DNA of 64,000 bases from Collinsella aerofaciens (lineage in GTDB: Bacteria; Bacillota; Clostridia; Oscillospirales; Oscillospiraceae): assembly GCA_963633225.1 (NCBI GenBank), contig CAVGXR010000042.1, forward strand, positions 16,152-80,151. The letters are read 5' to 3'. The notes under the pieces were generated by a model, which was given only the letters and a program-made list of their open reading frames with translations, did no database searches and was not told the DNA's origin. Below are positions 1 through 9,363 of this stretch, one piece after another. Position 1 is the first letter of the stretch, and each line of letters opens with the position of its first letter. Both the position numbers and the translations under genes were made by a program.

Positions 1-2
1 GC

Positions 3-155
3 GTGTTTATAAACGGAGCTCTTGCGGCGCAGGAGGATTTGGTTTATACTGAGGATGTAAAAATCGATATCTCTCAGCGTCTTACTCCGTATGAGAGGCT
101 GAGCAGAATGCTTGATACGGCGCTCAGACCGTATTATATAGGTGAAGAAAAATGA
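3..155 (+). CDS. 3' end (50 codons, ...RPYYIGEEK stop) of an unidentified CDS cut by the window edge
   Basis: Only open + frame entering the window. Its TGA overlaps the next gene's ATG (ATGA at 152-155). Too short to assign a family. Confidence 0.35.
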   Translation: MFINGALAAQEDLVYTEDVKIDISQRLTPYERLSRMLDTALRPYYIGEEK

Positions 156-862
156 AGCAGCGACTGCAAAAGCTCATATCCGCCGCGGGCATGGCCTCGC
201 GCCGCAGGAGCGAGGAGCTCATAAAAGCCGGCAGGGTAACTGTAAACGGTGTCCCTGCCGCACTCGGTGACAGTGCCGATCCCGATATCGACATTATCTG
301 CGTTGACGGCAGACTTCTTGAGCGGCATGACGAGAGGACGTACATAATGCTGTATAAGCCACGCGGCTATGTCACAACGCTCAGCGACGAGAAAAACCGG
401 CGCTGTGTCAGCGAGCTGGTGAAGGATATCGGCATCCGGCTCTATCCCGTGGGGCGGCTTGACATGTATTCCGAGGGGCTTCTCATCATGACAGACGACG
501 GAGAGCTTGCAAACAGGCTCATGCACCCCTCGTCGCAGACGGATAAGACCTACCACGCATGGGTAAAGGGACGCTGCGGTGAAACAGCGCTGGAGGTGCT
601 CAGAAGTCCGCTTGTCATAGACGGATACAGGATACGTCCCGCCGAGGTCGAGATAATAAAGACTGCTGAGGACTATACGCAGCTTTCAATCTGCATACAC
701 GAGGGCAGAAACCGCCAGATAAGAAAAATGTGTGACTGCGCCGGCCTGAGCCTTACAAAGCTCAAGCGAGTTTCAGAGGGCTGCCTTTCCCTCGGCGAGC
801 TCAGGCCAGGGCAATGGAGATACCTCACGGAGGAAGAATTGCAAGAGCTTCAATCCGAATGA
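152..862 (+). CDS. rluB: pseudouridine synthase, RsuA/RluB family
   Basis: N-terminal S4 domain (MKQRLQKLISAAGMASRRRSEELIKAGRVTVNG). Catalytic-Asp motif VGRLDMYSEGLLIMTDDGEL. C-terminal GRNRQIRKM motif. Confidence 0.9.
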   Translation: MKQRLQKLISAAGMASRRRSEELIKAGRVTVNGVPAALGDSADPDIDIICVDGRLLERHDERTYIMLYKPRGYVTTLSDEKNRRCVSELVKDIGIRLYPVGRLDMYSEGLLIMTDDGELANRLMHPSSQTDKTYHAWVKGRCGETALEVLRSPLVIDGYRIRPAEVEIIKTAEDYTQLSICIHEGRNRQIRKMCDCAGLSLTKLKRVSEGCLSLGELRPGQWRYLTEEELQELQSE

Positions 863-931
863 AGCCGAAAAACTTAAAAGCCTTGAGCCGAATGCCCCGA
901 ATGCGCGGAAATCTGCAAGTTCGGGGCAAAA

Positions 932-956
932 AAATTGCAAGCTGCTATTGCAATTT
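932..956. promoter_or_regulatory. 9-bp inverted repeat AAATTGCAA-N7-TTGCAATTT, candidate operator upstream of the RpiR-family regulator
   Basis: Perfect arms read directly from sequence, about 40 nt upstream of the likely regulator start. Confidence 0.25.
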
Positions 957-993
957 AAATAAAATGAAAGTAAAATGTCTTTTATGCTTTAAC

Positions 994-1884
994 ATGGAGA
1001 TGAACAATATGGAAACCGATCTTCTCAAGGCTCTCTCGAAGGGCAGCAATAAGTTTTCCAAGGGTCAGAAAAGCATTGCAAAATATATTCTCAATAACTA
1101 TGACAAGGCGGCGTTCATGACTGCCGGCAAGCTTGGAAAGATCGTCGGAGTCAGCGAATCCACCGTTGTTCGCTTTGCTACGGAGCTCGGCTATGACGGA
1201 TATCCGAGTATGCGCAAGGCCTTGCAGGAAATGATCCGCAACCGCCTTACCTCCGTGCAGCGCATTGAGGTCGCAAAGAGCATGATCGACGATAAGGATA
1301 TCGTCCGCTCGATAATCGGCAGTGATATCCAGAATCTTCAGGCGACGCTCGAGGTGCTTGAGCAGGACAGCTTCAACAAATTTGTCGATTCGATAATCGA
1401 CGCAAATAATATATACATCGTCGGTATGCGTACCTCGACCTCGCTGTCTACATTTCTCGGACTGTATCTCAATCTTCTGCGCAGCAATGTCAATGTCATT
1501 CACGATACTGCCGCCAGCGAGGTGTTCGAGCAGATGATAAGAATAGGTCAGGGCGACCTGTGCATAGCAATAAGCTTTCCGCGTTATTCGAGCCATACCA
1601 TCGACGCGGTTGAGTTTGCAAAGAAAATGGGCGCGATGACCGTCGCCATAACAGACGGCCCCGCTTCGCCCTTAAACGGCATAACCGATGTCTGCCTGCA
1701 CGCCAGAAGCGACATGGTATCGTTCCTTGACTCGCTCGTTGCTCCCATGAGCCTTATAAATGCCATAATCGTTGCAGTCGGCATAAAAAATAAGGAAAAC
1801 CTCTCAAAGACCTTTGAGAGGCTTGAAACAATATGGAGCGAGAACAAGGTCTATGAACAGACCGAGCACGGTGCCGCTATATGA
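994..1884 (+). CDS. MurR/RpiR-family transcriptional regulator (HTH + SIS domain)
   Basis: HTH_6-like segment (GQKSIAKYILNNYDKAAFMTAGKLGKIVGVSESTVVRFATELGY) followed by SIS-type sugar-isomerase fold (NIYIVGMRTS...). The ORF-track start at 814 overlaps rluB. ATGs at 994, 1000 and 1009 are more plausible starts. Confidence 0.85.
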   Translation: MEMNNMETDLLKALSKGSNKFSKGQKSIAKYILNNYDKAAFMTAGKLGKIVGVSESTVVRFATELGYDGYPSMRKALQEMIRNRLTSVQRIEVAKSMIDDKDIVRSIIGSDIQNLQATLEVLEQDSFNKFVDSIIDANNIYIVGMRTSTSLSTFLGLYLNLLRSNVNVIHDTAASEVFEQMIRIGQGDLCIAISFPRYSSHTIDAVEFAKKMGAMTVAITDGPASPLNGITDVCLHARSDMVSFLDSLVAPMSLINAIIVAVGIKNKENLSKTFERLETIWSENKVYEQTEHGAAI

Positions 1885-3110
1885 AAAAGCTCAGTGCCGA
1901 CGCGGTCGTAATAGGCGGGGGAGCAGCCGGAATGATGTGCAGCCTCATTGCGGCGCAGCGCGGCCTCGACATTATCCTGCTTGAGCCGAACAAAATGCTC
2001 GGACGCAAGGTGCGGATAACCGGCAAGGGACGCTGCAATGTTACAAACAACTGCGATGTAAAGGAATTTCTCGAAAACATACCGGGCGACGGAAGATTTT
2101 TATACAGTGCGCTCAATAAATTTTCTCCGCGGGATACAATGACGTTTTTCGAGTCGCTCGGGCTGCCTCTTAAAACGGAACGCGGAAACCGCGTTTTCCC
2201 CGTGTCGGACAACGCAAACGATGTTGCCGGAACGCTGACGCGGAATATAGAGCGCTGCGGAGTTTGCCGCCTGCGTGAAAGCGCGGAGCATATAATCTGC
2301 GAAAACGGCGAGGTCTGCGGCGTTAAAACGGACGCATCTGTAATATCCTGCCGTGCTGCCGTCATCTGTACCGGCGGACTTTCGTATCCGCTCACGGGCT
2401 CGACCGGCGCAGGTTATAAAATGGCGCGTGAGCTTGGACACAGCGTAAGTCCATGCCGCCCGTCACTCGTTCCGCTTGAGAGCGATGATGAGTACTGTGC
2501 GAGGATGCAGGGCTTTTCACTTAAAAACGTAACGCTGTCGGCCTATGAAGACGACAAGCTTATTTTCAGAGAGCTCGGCGAAATGCTGTTCACTCATTTT
2601 GGCGTGTCGGGTCCTCTTGTGCTGTCTGCCAGCTCGCATATGCGCAATTTCGGCAGTGCAAGGTACCGTCTGAGCATTGACCTCAAGCCGGCGCTTGACG
2701 AGAAAAAGCTTGACGCAAGGCTGCTGAGAGACTTTGAAAAGTATGCAAACCGCGACTTTGCAAACGCTCTGGGCGATCTTGCCGGAAAGACCATGATACC
2801 AGTTCTCGTTGAGCTGTCCGGCATACCGGCAGAGGAAAAGGTAAACTCCATAACCCGTCAGCAGCGTCATGAGCTTCTGCGGCTGTTCAAGGAGTTCCCC
2901 GTGTCGGTCACGGGACCTCGGCCCATTGACGAGGCGATAGTTACCTCAGGCGGCGTTTTGACAAAGGAGATCAACCCGCGCACGATGGAGTCAAAGCTGA
3001 TAAACGGCCTTTACTTTGCCGGCGAGGTTCTGGATCTGGATGCCTACACAGGCGGATTTAATCTGCAAATAGCATGGTCAACGGCATACGTTGCCGCAAA
3101 TTCTATATAA
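1881..3110 (+). CDS. NAD(P)/FAD-dependent oxidoreductase, HI0933/BaiN/YhiN family flavoprotein
   Basis: N-terminal dinucleotide fold (DAVVIGGGAAGMMCS). GKGRCNVTN motif typical of the HI0933-like family. ATGA overlap with the upstream stop. Confidence 0.85.
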   Translation: MKKLSADAVVIGGGAAGMMCSLIAAQRGLDIILLEPNKMLGRKVRITGKGRCNVTNNCDVKEFLENIPGDGRFLYSALNKFSPRDTMTFFESLGLPLKTERGNRVFPVSDNANDVAGTLTRNIERCGVCRLRESAEHIICENGEVCGVKTDASVISCRAAVICTGGLSYPLTGSTGAGYKMARELGHSVSPCRPSLVPLESDDEYCARMQGFSLKNVTLSAYEDDKLIFRELGEMLFTHFGVSGPLVLSASSHMRNFGSARYRLSIDLKPALDEKKLDARLLRDFEKYANRDFANALGDLAGKTMIPVLVELSGIPAEEKVNSITRQQRHELLRLFKEFPVSVTGPRPIDEAIVTSGGVLTKEINPRTMESKLINGLYFAGEVLDLDAYTGGFNLQIAWSTAYVAANSI

Positions 3111-3122
3111 GGATGTTAAGCT

Positions 3123-3806
3123 ATGATATCAATTGCCATCGACGGTCCGTCCGGCGCGGGAAAGAGCACAATATCAAGAAAAGCCGCCGAAAAGTTCGGC
3201 TTTATATATGTCGATACCGGCGCGATATACAGAACAATCGGACTTGCGTCGAAAACTCACGGCGTGAGCCTTGACGATAAGGCCGCCGTTATCGCCATGC
3301 TGCCGAAGCTCGCAATAGAGCTCAGATATAACGGGAACGGCGAGCAGTGCATGTATCTGGACGGTGAGGATGTTTCCCAGGATATACGCCTGCCGGAGGT
3401 CTCGATGCTCGCATCAGCTGTCTCGGCCATACCCGAGGTAAGGGCGTTTCTTGTTGACATGCAGCGCGATTTGGCGAAAAAGCATGACGTTATCATGGAC
3501 GGACGCGATATAGGAACAGTGATACTCCCAGATGCCGATCTGAAGATATTTCTCACTGCCGATGTAGCTGACAGGGCGCAGCGCCGCTATGAGGAGCTGC
3601 ACACGAAAAAGATCGACAAGCCCTTTGACGAGGTGCTTGAGGAAATGAAGCAGCGCGACAAGCAGGATACTCAGCGTGCAGCCGCACCTTTGAAGGCCGC
3701 CGATGATGCCGTGCTGCTTGACACGAGCGGAAATACCCTCGAAGAGAGCATAGCTGCGGTCTGCCGTCTCATAGCCGAAAAGACCGGCAGGTCAATGGGG
3801 GAATGA
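3123..3806 (+). CDS. cmk: (d)CMP kinase
   Basis: P-loop [19 protein letters not shown], then YVDTGAIYR and a GRDIGTV lid region. Confidence 0.92.
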   Translation: MISIAIDGPSGAGKSTISRKAAEKFGFIYVDTGAIYRTIGLASKTHGVSLDDKAAVIAMLPKLAIELRYNGNGEQCMYLDGEDVSQDIRLPEVSMLASAVSAIPEVRAFLVDMQRDLAKKHDVIMDGRDIGTVILPDADLKIFLTADVADRAQRRYEELHTKKIDKPFDEVLEEMKQRDKQDTQRAAAPLKAADDAVLLDTSGNTLEESIAAVCRLIAEKTGRSMGE

Positions 3807-5848
3807 GCATGGACAGAATAATCACAGCCAAAAGCGCCGGCTTCTGCTTCGGCGTGAGCCGCTCGGTTGACATGGCGCAGCGCATTCTTGAAAGCGGACC
3901 TGCGTACTCGCTCGGTCAGCTCATACACAACGATGATGTCGTGCGCCGTTTTGAACGCGAGGGCCTGCGCGTTATAGCGTCTCCCGACGAGCTGCCGAAG
4001 GGCGCAAGGGTCATAATACGCTCGCACGGTGTGTCCAAGGCAGTGTACAAAAGTCTTGAGGACAGGGGAGCGGAGATAAGCGACGCGACCTGCCCTAAGG
4101 TAAAGCGCATACATCAGCTTGTCGAAAGCGCACAGAACGACGGACGCTTTGTCGTCATCATCGGTATGCACGGACACCCCGAGGTCGAGGCCGTAAAGGG
4201 CTGGTGCGGCGAATGCGTGATATGCGAAAATGCCTCACAATTGGAAGATTGGTACAGACAAACGGGCGAATTATTGGATAAACCGATAACGATGGTAGTC
4301 CAAACGACCCAAACTCGTAGTAATTTTACCGAATGTGCAAGTTTCTTAAAAAAAAGATGTACAAATCTTCAAATCTTTGATACAATATGTGGTGCAACAT
4401 CCACGCGTCAGGAAGAAGCCGCAAAATTAGCGGCAGAGTGCGATGCAATGGTCGTCATAGGCGGCAGGCACAGTGCAAACAGCGTTCACCTTTCGGTGAT
4501 ATGCTCAGAGCTTTGCCCGAACGTTCAGTTTATCGAAAATGCCGGTGAATTAGACATGGACAGGCTCAAATGCGCCGCCACCGTCGGTGTCACGGCAGGC
4601 GCGTCCACGCCTGCGTGGATAATTAAGGAGGTAAGTAACAAGATGAGCGAAGAAATCAAAATTGATGCTACTGCAGCAGAAGAGAAGGAGATGTCCTTCG
4701 ACGAAATGCTGGAGGAATCCATCAAGACTATATATAATGGAGATAAGGTAACCGGCACCGTCGTTGCTATTACCGGCACTGAAGTCAGTGTCGATATCGG
4801 CACAAAGTATTCCGGCTTCATTCCCACCACCGAGTTTACCGATGACGGCATCAAGGTCGAAGACGCTGTCAAGGTCGGCGATGCGATCGAAGCAGTTGTT
4901 GTCCGCGTCAACGATGTCGAAGGCACGGTTATGCTCTCCAAGAAGCGTCTTGACGCAGCAAAGAGCTGGACGATGGTCGAAGAGGCTGTCGAGAGCGGCG
5001 AGTTCCTTGAAGGCACCGTCACCGAGATCAACAAGGGCGGCGTAGTCGTCAATGTCAAGGGCGTGCGCGTGTTCGTTCCCGCATCCCAGTCCGGCCTGCC
5101 CAAGGATGCCGATATGAATCAGCTGCTCAAGCAGAAGACCCGCGTTAAGATCACCGAGGTCAACCGTAGCCGCAAGCGCGTCGTCGGCTCGATCCGTGCC
5201 GTTGCTCAGAAGGAGCGCCGCGAGAAGGCTGAGGCCATCTGGAACGAGATGGAGGTCGGCAACAAGTACCACGGCGTTGTCAAGTCCATGACCAGCTACG
5301 GCGCATTCGTCGATATCGGCGGCATCGACGGTATGGTACATGTCTCCGAGATGAGCTGGAGCCGCATCAAGAATCCTGCCGAGCTGTTCAAGATCGGCGA
5401 CGAGGTCGATGTTTATGTCATCAGCTTCGACAAGGAGAAGAAAAAGATCTCCCTCGGCTACAAGGATCCCAACGAGAATCCTTGGGTCAAGTTCACCACT
5501 AACTACAATGTCGGCGATACCGCAGAGGTCAAGATAGTAAAGCTCATGACCTTCGGTGCATTTGCAGAGGTTCTGCCCGGCGTTGACGGCTTGATCCACA
5601 TTTCTCAGATCGCAAACCGCCGCATCGGAAAGCCCGAAGAGGTTCTCTCCGTCGGCGATGTCGTCGAGGCAAAGATTACTGCAATCGACACCGAGAATCA
5701 CAAGATATCTCTGTCTATCCGCGCACTTGCAGAGCCCGCAGCCGCTGAGGTCGAGGAAGCTCCCGAGGTCGAGGATAACGGCGAGGATGCACTCGTATAC
5801 GAAGTGTCCACCAACGGCGAAGCCAAGGGCGAAATCGTAGAAGAGTAA
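3803..5848 (+). CDS. ispH: bifunctional 4-hydroxy-3-methylbut-2-enyl diphosphate reductase (IspH) / ribosomal protein S1-domain fusion
   Basis: The N-terminal ~285 aa carry the three IspH cluster cysteines (SAGFCFGV, DATCPKV, DTICGAT). The C-terminal half has four S1/OB repeats (e.g. GNKYHGVVKSMTSYGAFVDIGGIDGMVHVSEMS) and an acidic tail. Confidence 0.9.
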   Translation: MSMDRIITAKSAGFCFGVSRSVDMAQRILESGPAYSLGQLIHNDDVVRRFEREGLRVIASPDELPKGARVIIRSHGVSKAVYKSLEDRGAEISDATCPKVKRIHQLVESAQNDGRFVVIIGMHGHPEVEAVKGWCGECVICENASQLEDWYRQTGELLDKPITMVVQTTQTRSNFTECASFLKKRCTNLQIFDTICGATSTRQEEAAKLAAECDAMVVIGGRHSANSVHLSVICSELCPNVQFIENAGELDMDRLKCAATVGVTAGASTPAWIIKEVSNKMSEEIKIDATAAEEKEMSFDEMLEESIKTIYNGDKVTGTVVAITGTEVSVDIGTKYSGFIPTTEFTDDGIKVEDAVKVGDAIEAVVVRVNDVEGTVMLSKKRLDAAKSWTMVEEAVESGEFLEGTVTEINKGGVVVNVKGVRVFVPASQSGLPKDADMNQLLKQKTRVKITEVNRSRKRVVGSIRAVAQKERREKAEAIWNEMEVGNKYHGVVKSMTSYGAFVDIGGIDGMVHVSEMSWSRIKNPAELFKIGDEVDVYVISFDKEKKKISLGYKDPNENPWVKFTTNYNVGDTAEVKIVKLMTFGAFAEVLPGVDGLIHISQIANRRIGKPEEVLSVGDVVEAKITAIDTENHKISLSIRALAEPAAAEVEEAPEVEDNGEDALVYEVSTNGEAKGEIVEE

Positions 5849-5866
5849 TACAGTTTAACAATCTGT

Positions 5867-5900
5867 AATAGCCTGTCGCATACGCGGCAGGCTATTTTTC
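5867..5900 (+). terminator. rho-independent terminator after ispH-S1
   Basis: AATAGCCTGTCGC-ATAC-GCGGCAGGCTATT followed by a T-run. Confidence 0.75.
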
Positions 5901-5931
5901 TTGAAATATCAAGGAAAATCGCTAATCCTTC

Positions 5932-5960
5932 TTGCAAAAAAACAACATTCTGTGTATAAT
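5932..5960 (+). promoter_or_regulatory. sigma-A-type promoter for carD-ispD-ispF (TTGCAA-17 nt-TATAAT)
   Basis: Hexamers and 17-nt spacer read directly. Leaves a ~130-nt leader before the carD GTG. Confidence 0.55.
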
Positions 5961-6093
5961 TATATTATAAATAGTATTTGAATGTCAAAAATCTATGCTG
6001 CCGCGTGTAAATCAATGCTCATCGGAAGCCTTCGTAAAGCGCAGAAATTAAAAAATGCGGCTTGTTTGACGTGATGAAAGAGTATAAGGAGGA

Positions 6094-6582
6094 GTGGCCT
6101 TGTTCAAGATCGGCGATTATATTGCGCATCCAATGCATGGTGCAGGCGTTATTGAGAGTATAGTAACTAAAAAAATTAACGGCACCGAACGGGACTACTA
6201 TGTCCTTAAGCTGCCTGTCGGAGATATGATCGTGATGGTGCCGGTGATCGGCTGCGAGGATATCGGTGTCAGGGCTATCATATCAAAAGCCGAGGCAGAA
6301 GAGGTTTTTAAGGCGTTTAAGGAGCTGGAGATATCCATGACCCAGAACTGGAACAAGCGCTATAGAGAGAACATGGATAAGATAAAAAGCGGCAATCTGA
6401 TAGATGTTGCGGCTGTCGTCAAGGGGCTGATGCGCCGCGACGGTGAGCGCGGACTGTCCACGGGTGAACGCAAAATGCTGCATTCGGCAAAGCAGATACT
6501 CATATCCGAGCTCGTAGTTGCGACTGACACCGACTATGACAAGGTTGAAAAAAGATTGTACGCAGCACTTAAAGAGGAGTAA
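6094..6582 (+). CDS. CarD/CdnL-family RNA-polymerase-binding transcriptional regulator
   Basis: N-terminal CarD_CdnL_TRCF motif (FKIGDYIAHPMHGAGVIESI). GTG start 7 nt after AAGGAGG. Confidence 0.85.
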   Translation: MALFKIGDYIAHPMHGAGVIESIVTKKINGTERDYYVLKLPVGDMIVMVPVIGCEDIGVRAIISKAEAEEVFKAFKELEISMTQNWNKRYRENMDKIKSGNLIDVAAVVKGLMRRDGERGLSTGERKMLHSAKQILISELVVATDTDYDKVEKRLYAALKEE

Positions 6583-6588
6583 GCAGCA

Positions 6589-7320
6589 GTGTCGATAATA
6601 AACAAGATATTTAAATTTAAAACAAATGACGATAATTTCTGCACAGCCGTCGTGCTTGCCGCGGGAAATTCACAGCGAATGGGCAGAGATAAGATACTCA
6701 TGCCCTTGGGCGGAATGCCGGTCATTGCGCATACGCTCAGGGCTTTGCAGGCCTCTGACTGCATTAACGAGATAATCGTGGTTACAAGATACGAAAGCCT
6801 GCAGGAGGTCGCGGATATCTGCCATAACTACGGCATAACAAAGACGAGCAAGGTCGTGCTCGGCGGCAAAACAAGAACGGAGTCCTCCCTCATGGGAGTC
6901 AGCAATGCCGATGAAAGAGCAAAGTACATTGCCATCCATGACGGTGCACGCCCGTTTCTTAGCGGCAAGCTGATAGAGCGCGTCGTACACTCGGCGCAGC
7001 AGCATGATGCGGCGGCTCCGGCTGTTGCCCCGACCGACACGGTGCGCGTGCTCAACTCCAAGGGTGTCGTGACCGAAACTCCTGCCAGAGATCTTGTCGC
7101 CCTCATGCAGACACCGCAGGTGTTCATGACCGAGATGATAAAGGCCGCGCTCACCCGTGCGCAGGATAAGGGCGTAAGGATAACCGACGACTGCTCTGCG
7201 GTCGAGGCTATGGGCTATAAGGTCACGATCGTTGCCGGTGAGCAGGACAATATAAAGCTCACAACGGCACGCGATATGTATATCGCCGAGGGCATACTTG
7301 CCGAAAGGAGCGGCAGATAA
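6589..7320 (+). CDS. ispD: 2-C-methyl-D-erythritol 4-phosphate cytidylyltransferase
   Basis: [16 protein letters not shown] nucleotide-binding signature and IHDGARPF motif. GTG start. Confidence 0.9.
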   Translation: MSIINKIFKFKTNDDNFCTAVVLAAGNSQRMGRDKILMPLGGMPVIAHTLRALQASDCINEIIVVTRYESLQEVADICHNYGITKTSKVVLGGKTRTESSLMGVSNADERAKYIAIHDGARPFLSGKLIERVVHSAQQHDAAAPAVAPTDTVRVLNSKGVVTETPARDLVALMQTPQVFMTEMIKAALTRAQDKGVRITDDCSAVEAMGYKVTIVAGEQDNIKLTTARDMYIAEGILAERSGR

Positions 7321-7787
7321 TGCGTATCGGACACGGCTATGATGTTCACAGACTCGTCGAAGGGCGAAAGCTCATTCTCGGCGGAGTTGAGATACCGTAT
7401 GAGAAGGGACTGCTCGGCCATTCCGACGCGGACGTTCTGACGCACGCGCTGATGGATGCGCTGCTCGGAGCTGCGGCTCTGGGCGATATCGGCGGGCTGT
7501 TTCCGGACAACGACGATACATACCTCGGGGCTGACAGCATTGTTCTTCTCAAAAAAGTCGTGAGCCTTCTGCGTGAGCACGGCTATACCATAGTAAATGC
7601 AGACTGCACCGTCATTGCACAGCGTCCAAAGCTCAAGCCTTATATCGAGGATATGCGCGCTGCTCTGGCCGAGGCCATGGGCACGGAGTCCGGCTGCGTC
7701 AGCGTCAAGGCGACGACGGAGGAAAAGCTCGGCTTTACCGGCGAGGGGCTCGGCATTGCGGCGCACGCAGTCGTTCTTATAGATTGA
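7320..7787 (+). CDS. ispF: 2-C-methyl-D-erythritol 2,4-cyclodiphosphate synthase
   Basis: [12 protein letters not shown] and [19 protein letters not shown] zinc/substrate motifs. Start overlaps the ispD stop. Confidence 0.93.
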   Translation: MRIGHGYDVHRLVEGRKLILGGVEIPYEKGLLGHSDADVLTHALMDALLGAAALGDIGGLFPDNDDTYLGADSIVLLKKVVSLLREHGYTIVNADCTVIAQRPKLKPYIEDMRAALAEAMGTESGCVSVKATTEEKLGFTGEGLGIAAHAVVLID

Positions 7788-7794
7788 TCCGTTC

Positions 7795-7825
7795 ATCAGG
7801 CAGCTTTTGCTGCCTGATAATTTTA
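7795..7825 (+). terminator. rho-independent terminator after ispF
   Basis: ATCAGGCAGC-TTTT-GCTGCCTGAT followed by AATTTTA. Confidence 0.75.
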
Positions 7826-7876
7826 ACTGCGCAGACCCACGCTGCATAGAATGTAGCAAAAAAGAAGGGGTCAATT

Positions 7877-8128
7877 ATGCGCTATATATTTATGTGCCGC
7901 TCGCTTACCTATGCGCAGTCAGCAGCCAGAGCGCTTGAGAAAAACGCGGTATCGGCAGCTGTTCGGAAGGCACCGGCAGGACTCAGCTCTGGCGGATGCA
8001 GCTACAGTGTCAGCGTATCGTACGCCAAAGGTGCGGCGGCAGCGGGAGTTCTGTGCCGTGAGGGTCTGCTTCAGGGAAAGGTCTTTCTGCACCGTGATGA
8101 CGGCAGCTATACAGAGGTGATACTGTGA
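7877..8128 (+). CDS. DUF3343-like small protein (putative S/Se carrier fold)
   Basis: 83 aa. The pattern IFMCRSLTYAQSAARALEKN...LSSGGCSYSV matches my recollection of the DUF3343 profile (F.s...A..ae..L...gi...l.p.P..is..CG.a). Stop overlaps the downstream desulfurase GTG. Confidence 0.6.
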   Translation: MRYIFMCRSLTYAQSAARALEKNAVSAAVRKAPAGLSSGGCSYSVSVSYAKGAAAAGVLCREGLLQGKVFLHRDDGSYTEVIL

Positions 8129-9246
8129 TATACCTCGACTGCGCGGCAACAAGCTTTTTAAAGCCCAAAGGCGTTAAAAGAGCCATGTTAAACGCACTTG
8201 ATACGATGTCAAGCCCCGGCAGGGGAGCATACAGCGCCGCAATGCGCGCTGCCGACAGGGTCTATGAATGCCGCACGCTGGCATGCAGGCTGTTTAACTT
8301 CGATAAGCCCGAGAACGTTGTGTTCACAATGAACGCGACTCACGCGCTGAATATTGCGATAAGAACACTTGTGCGGCGGGGAAGCCGCGTCGTTATCTCG
8401 GGATATGAGCACAACTCAGTTACCCGGCCACTGTACGATATGGGAGCCGAAACTTCCGTCGCGGCGGGAGAGCTTTTTGACCAAGGCGGTACTGCATCGG
8501 CGTTTGAAGAGAAAATTCGGAATGCTGACCTTGCTGTGTGCAATCATATATCCAACGTTTTCGGCTTTGTGCAGCCTGTATATGAGATATCGGAGCTATG
8601 CAGGCGATACGGAGTTCCGCTTATAATAGATGCATCGCAGTCAGCCGGTATAGAGACCATAGACTGTGCCCGCCTTGACGCAGCGTTTATCGCAATGCCA
8701 GGACATAAGGGGCTGCTCGGCCCGCAGGGTACGGGGATACTCCTGTGCACGGAAACGCCATTGCCTCTTATGAGCGGCGGCACAGGCTCCGAAAGCCTTA
8801 TACAGACCATGCCGCCGTATCTTCCCGACAGGGCGGAGGCGGGAACGCTCAATGTTGTCGGCATTGCCGGACTGTGCGAGGGTATAAGATATGTGCTCGA
8901 TAAGGGAGCGGAAGAGATCGGAGCATATGAAGCAATGCTTTGCCGTGAGACTGCACAGCGGCTCGGCAGGGTTTCGGCGCTTGAGGTCTTTTCCGGCAAA
9001 GCCGGAGCTCAGGCAGGAGTGCTGTCGTTCCGGCATAAAACGATCGGCTGCGAAGAATTTTGCGAAAAGCTCGGCGCAATGGGTATTGCCGCACGCTGCG
9101 GACTGCACTGCGCTCCGCTTGCGCATAAAACAGCCGGCACGGATACCACCGGCACGGTGCGTATAAGCTTTTCGCCTTTTATCTCCAGACGGCAGACAGC
9201 AGAAGCCTGTGCCGCAATAGAAAAAATTGCATACACAGAAAATTAA
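8125..9246 (+). CDS. aminotransferase class V-fold PLP enzyme, cysteine desulfurase family
   Basis: IYLDCAATS N-terminus, PLP-lysine context (AMPGHKGLLGPQGTG) and C-terminal RCGLHCAP active-site Cys motif. Confidence 0.8.
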   Translation: MIYLDCAATSFLKPKGVKRAMLNALDTMSSPGRGAYSAAMRAADRVYECRTLACRLFNFDKPENVVFTMNATHALNIAIRTLVRRGSRVVISGYEHNSVTRPLYDMGAETSVAAGELFDQGGTASAFEEKIRNADLAVCNHISNVFGFVQPVYEISELCRRYGVPLIIDASQSAGIETIDCARLDAAFIAMPGHKGLLGPQGTGILLCTETPLPLMSGGTGSESLIQTMPPYLPDRAEAGTLNVVGIAGLCEGIRYVLDKGAEEIGAYEAMLCRETAQRLGRVSALEVFSGKAGAQAGVLSFRHKTIGCEEFCEKLGAMGIAARCGLHCAPLAHKTAGTDTTGTVRISFSPFISRRQTAEACAAIEKIAYTEN

Positions 9247-9257
9247 TCAATATTTAA

Positions 9258-9286
9258 TTGCCTTTTGGCCGCATATATTATATAAT
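9258..9286 (+). promoter_or_regulatory. sigma-A-type promoter for cdaA (TTGCCT-17 nt-TATAAT)
   Basis: Hexamers and spacer read directly from the 105-nt intergenic region. Confidence 0.5.
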
Positions 9287-9363
9287 ATAGTGATTAAAAA
9301 TATAGCATACAGCAAACGCGGACTGCCTGCGCAGTCCGCAGATAAAGATGATTGGGGATTATA

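Noticed and set aside
814-993. N-terminal extensions in the supplied ORF track. Track starts affected: 814, 12640, 12944, 24965, 25834, 26382, 26815, 28492, 29428, 31555, 31772, 35392, 40950, 51207, 51647, 53637 (-), 55155
   Set aside because: Each extension overlaps the preceding gene or a terminator/leader. Each has an internal ATG preceded by a good SD that reproduces the canonical family N-terminus. I used the internal starts.
4550-5701. 383-aa antisense ORF across the S1-domain half of ispH-S1
   Set aside because: Same shadow-ORF effect of a highly codon-biased gene. The sense strand has four unmistakable S1 repeats.
7215-7874. 219-aa ORF on the - strand
   Set aside because: It is antisense to ispF, whose motifs are perfect, and it runs through the ispF terminator.
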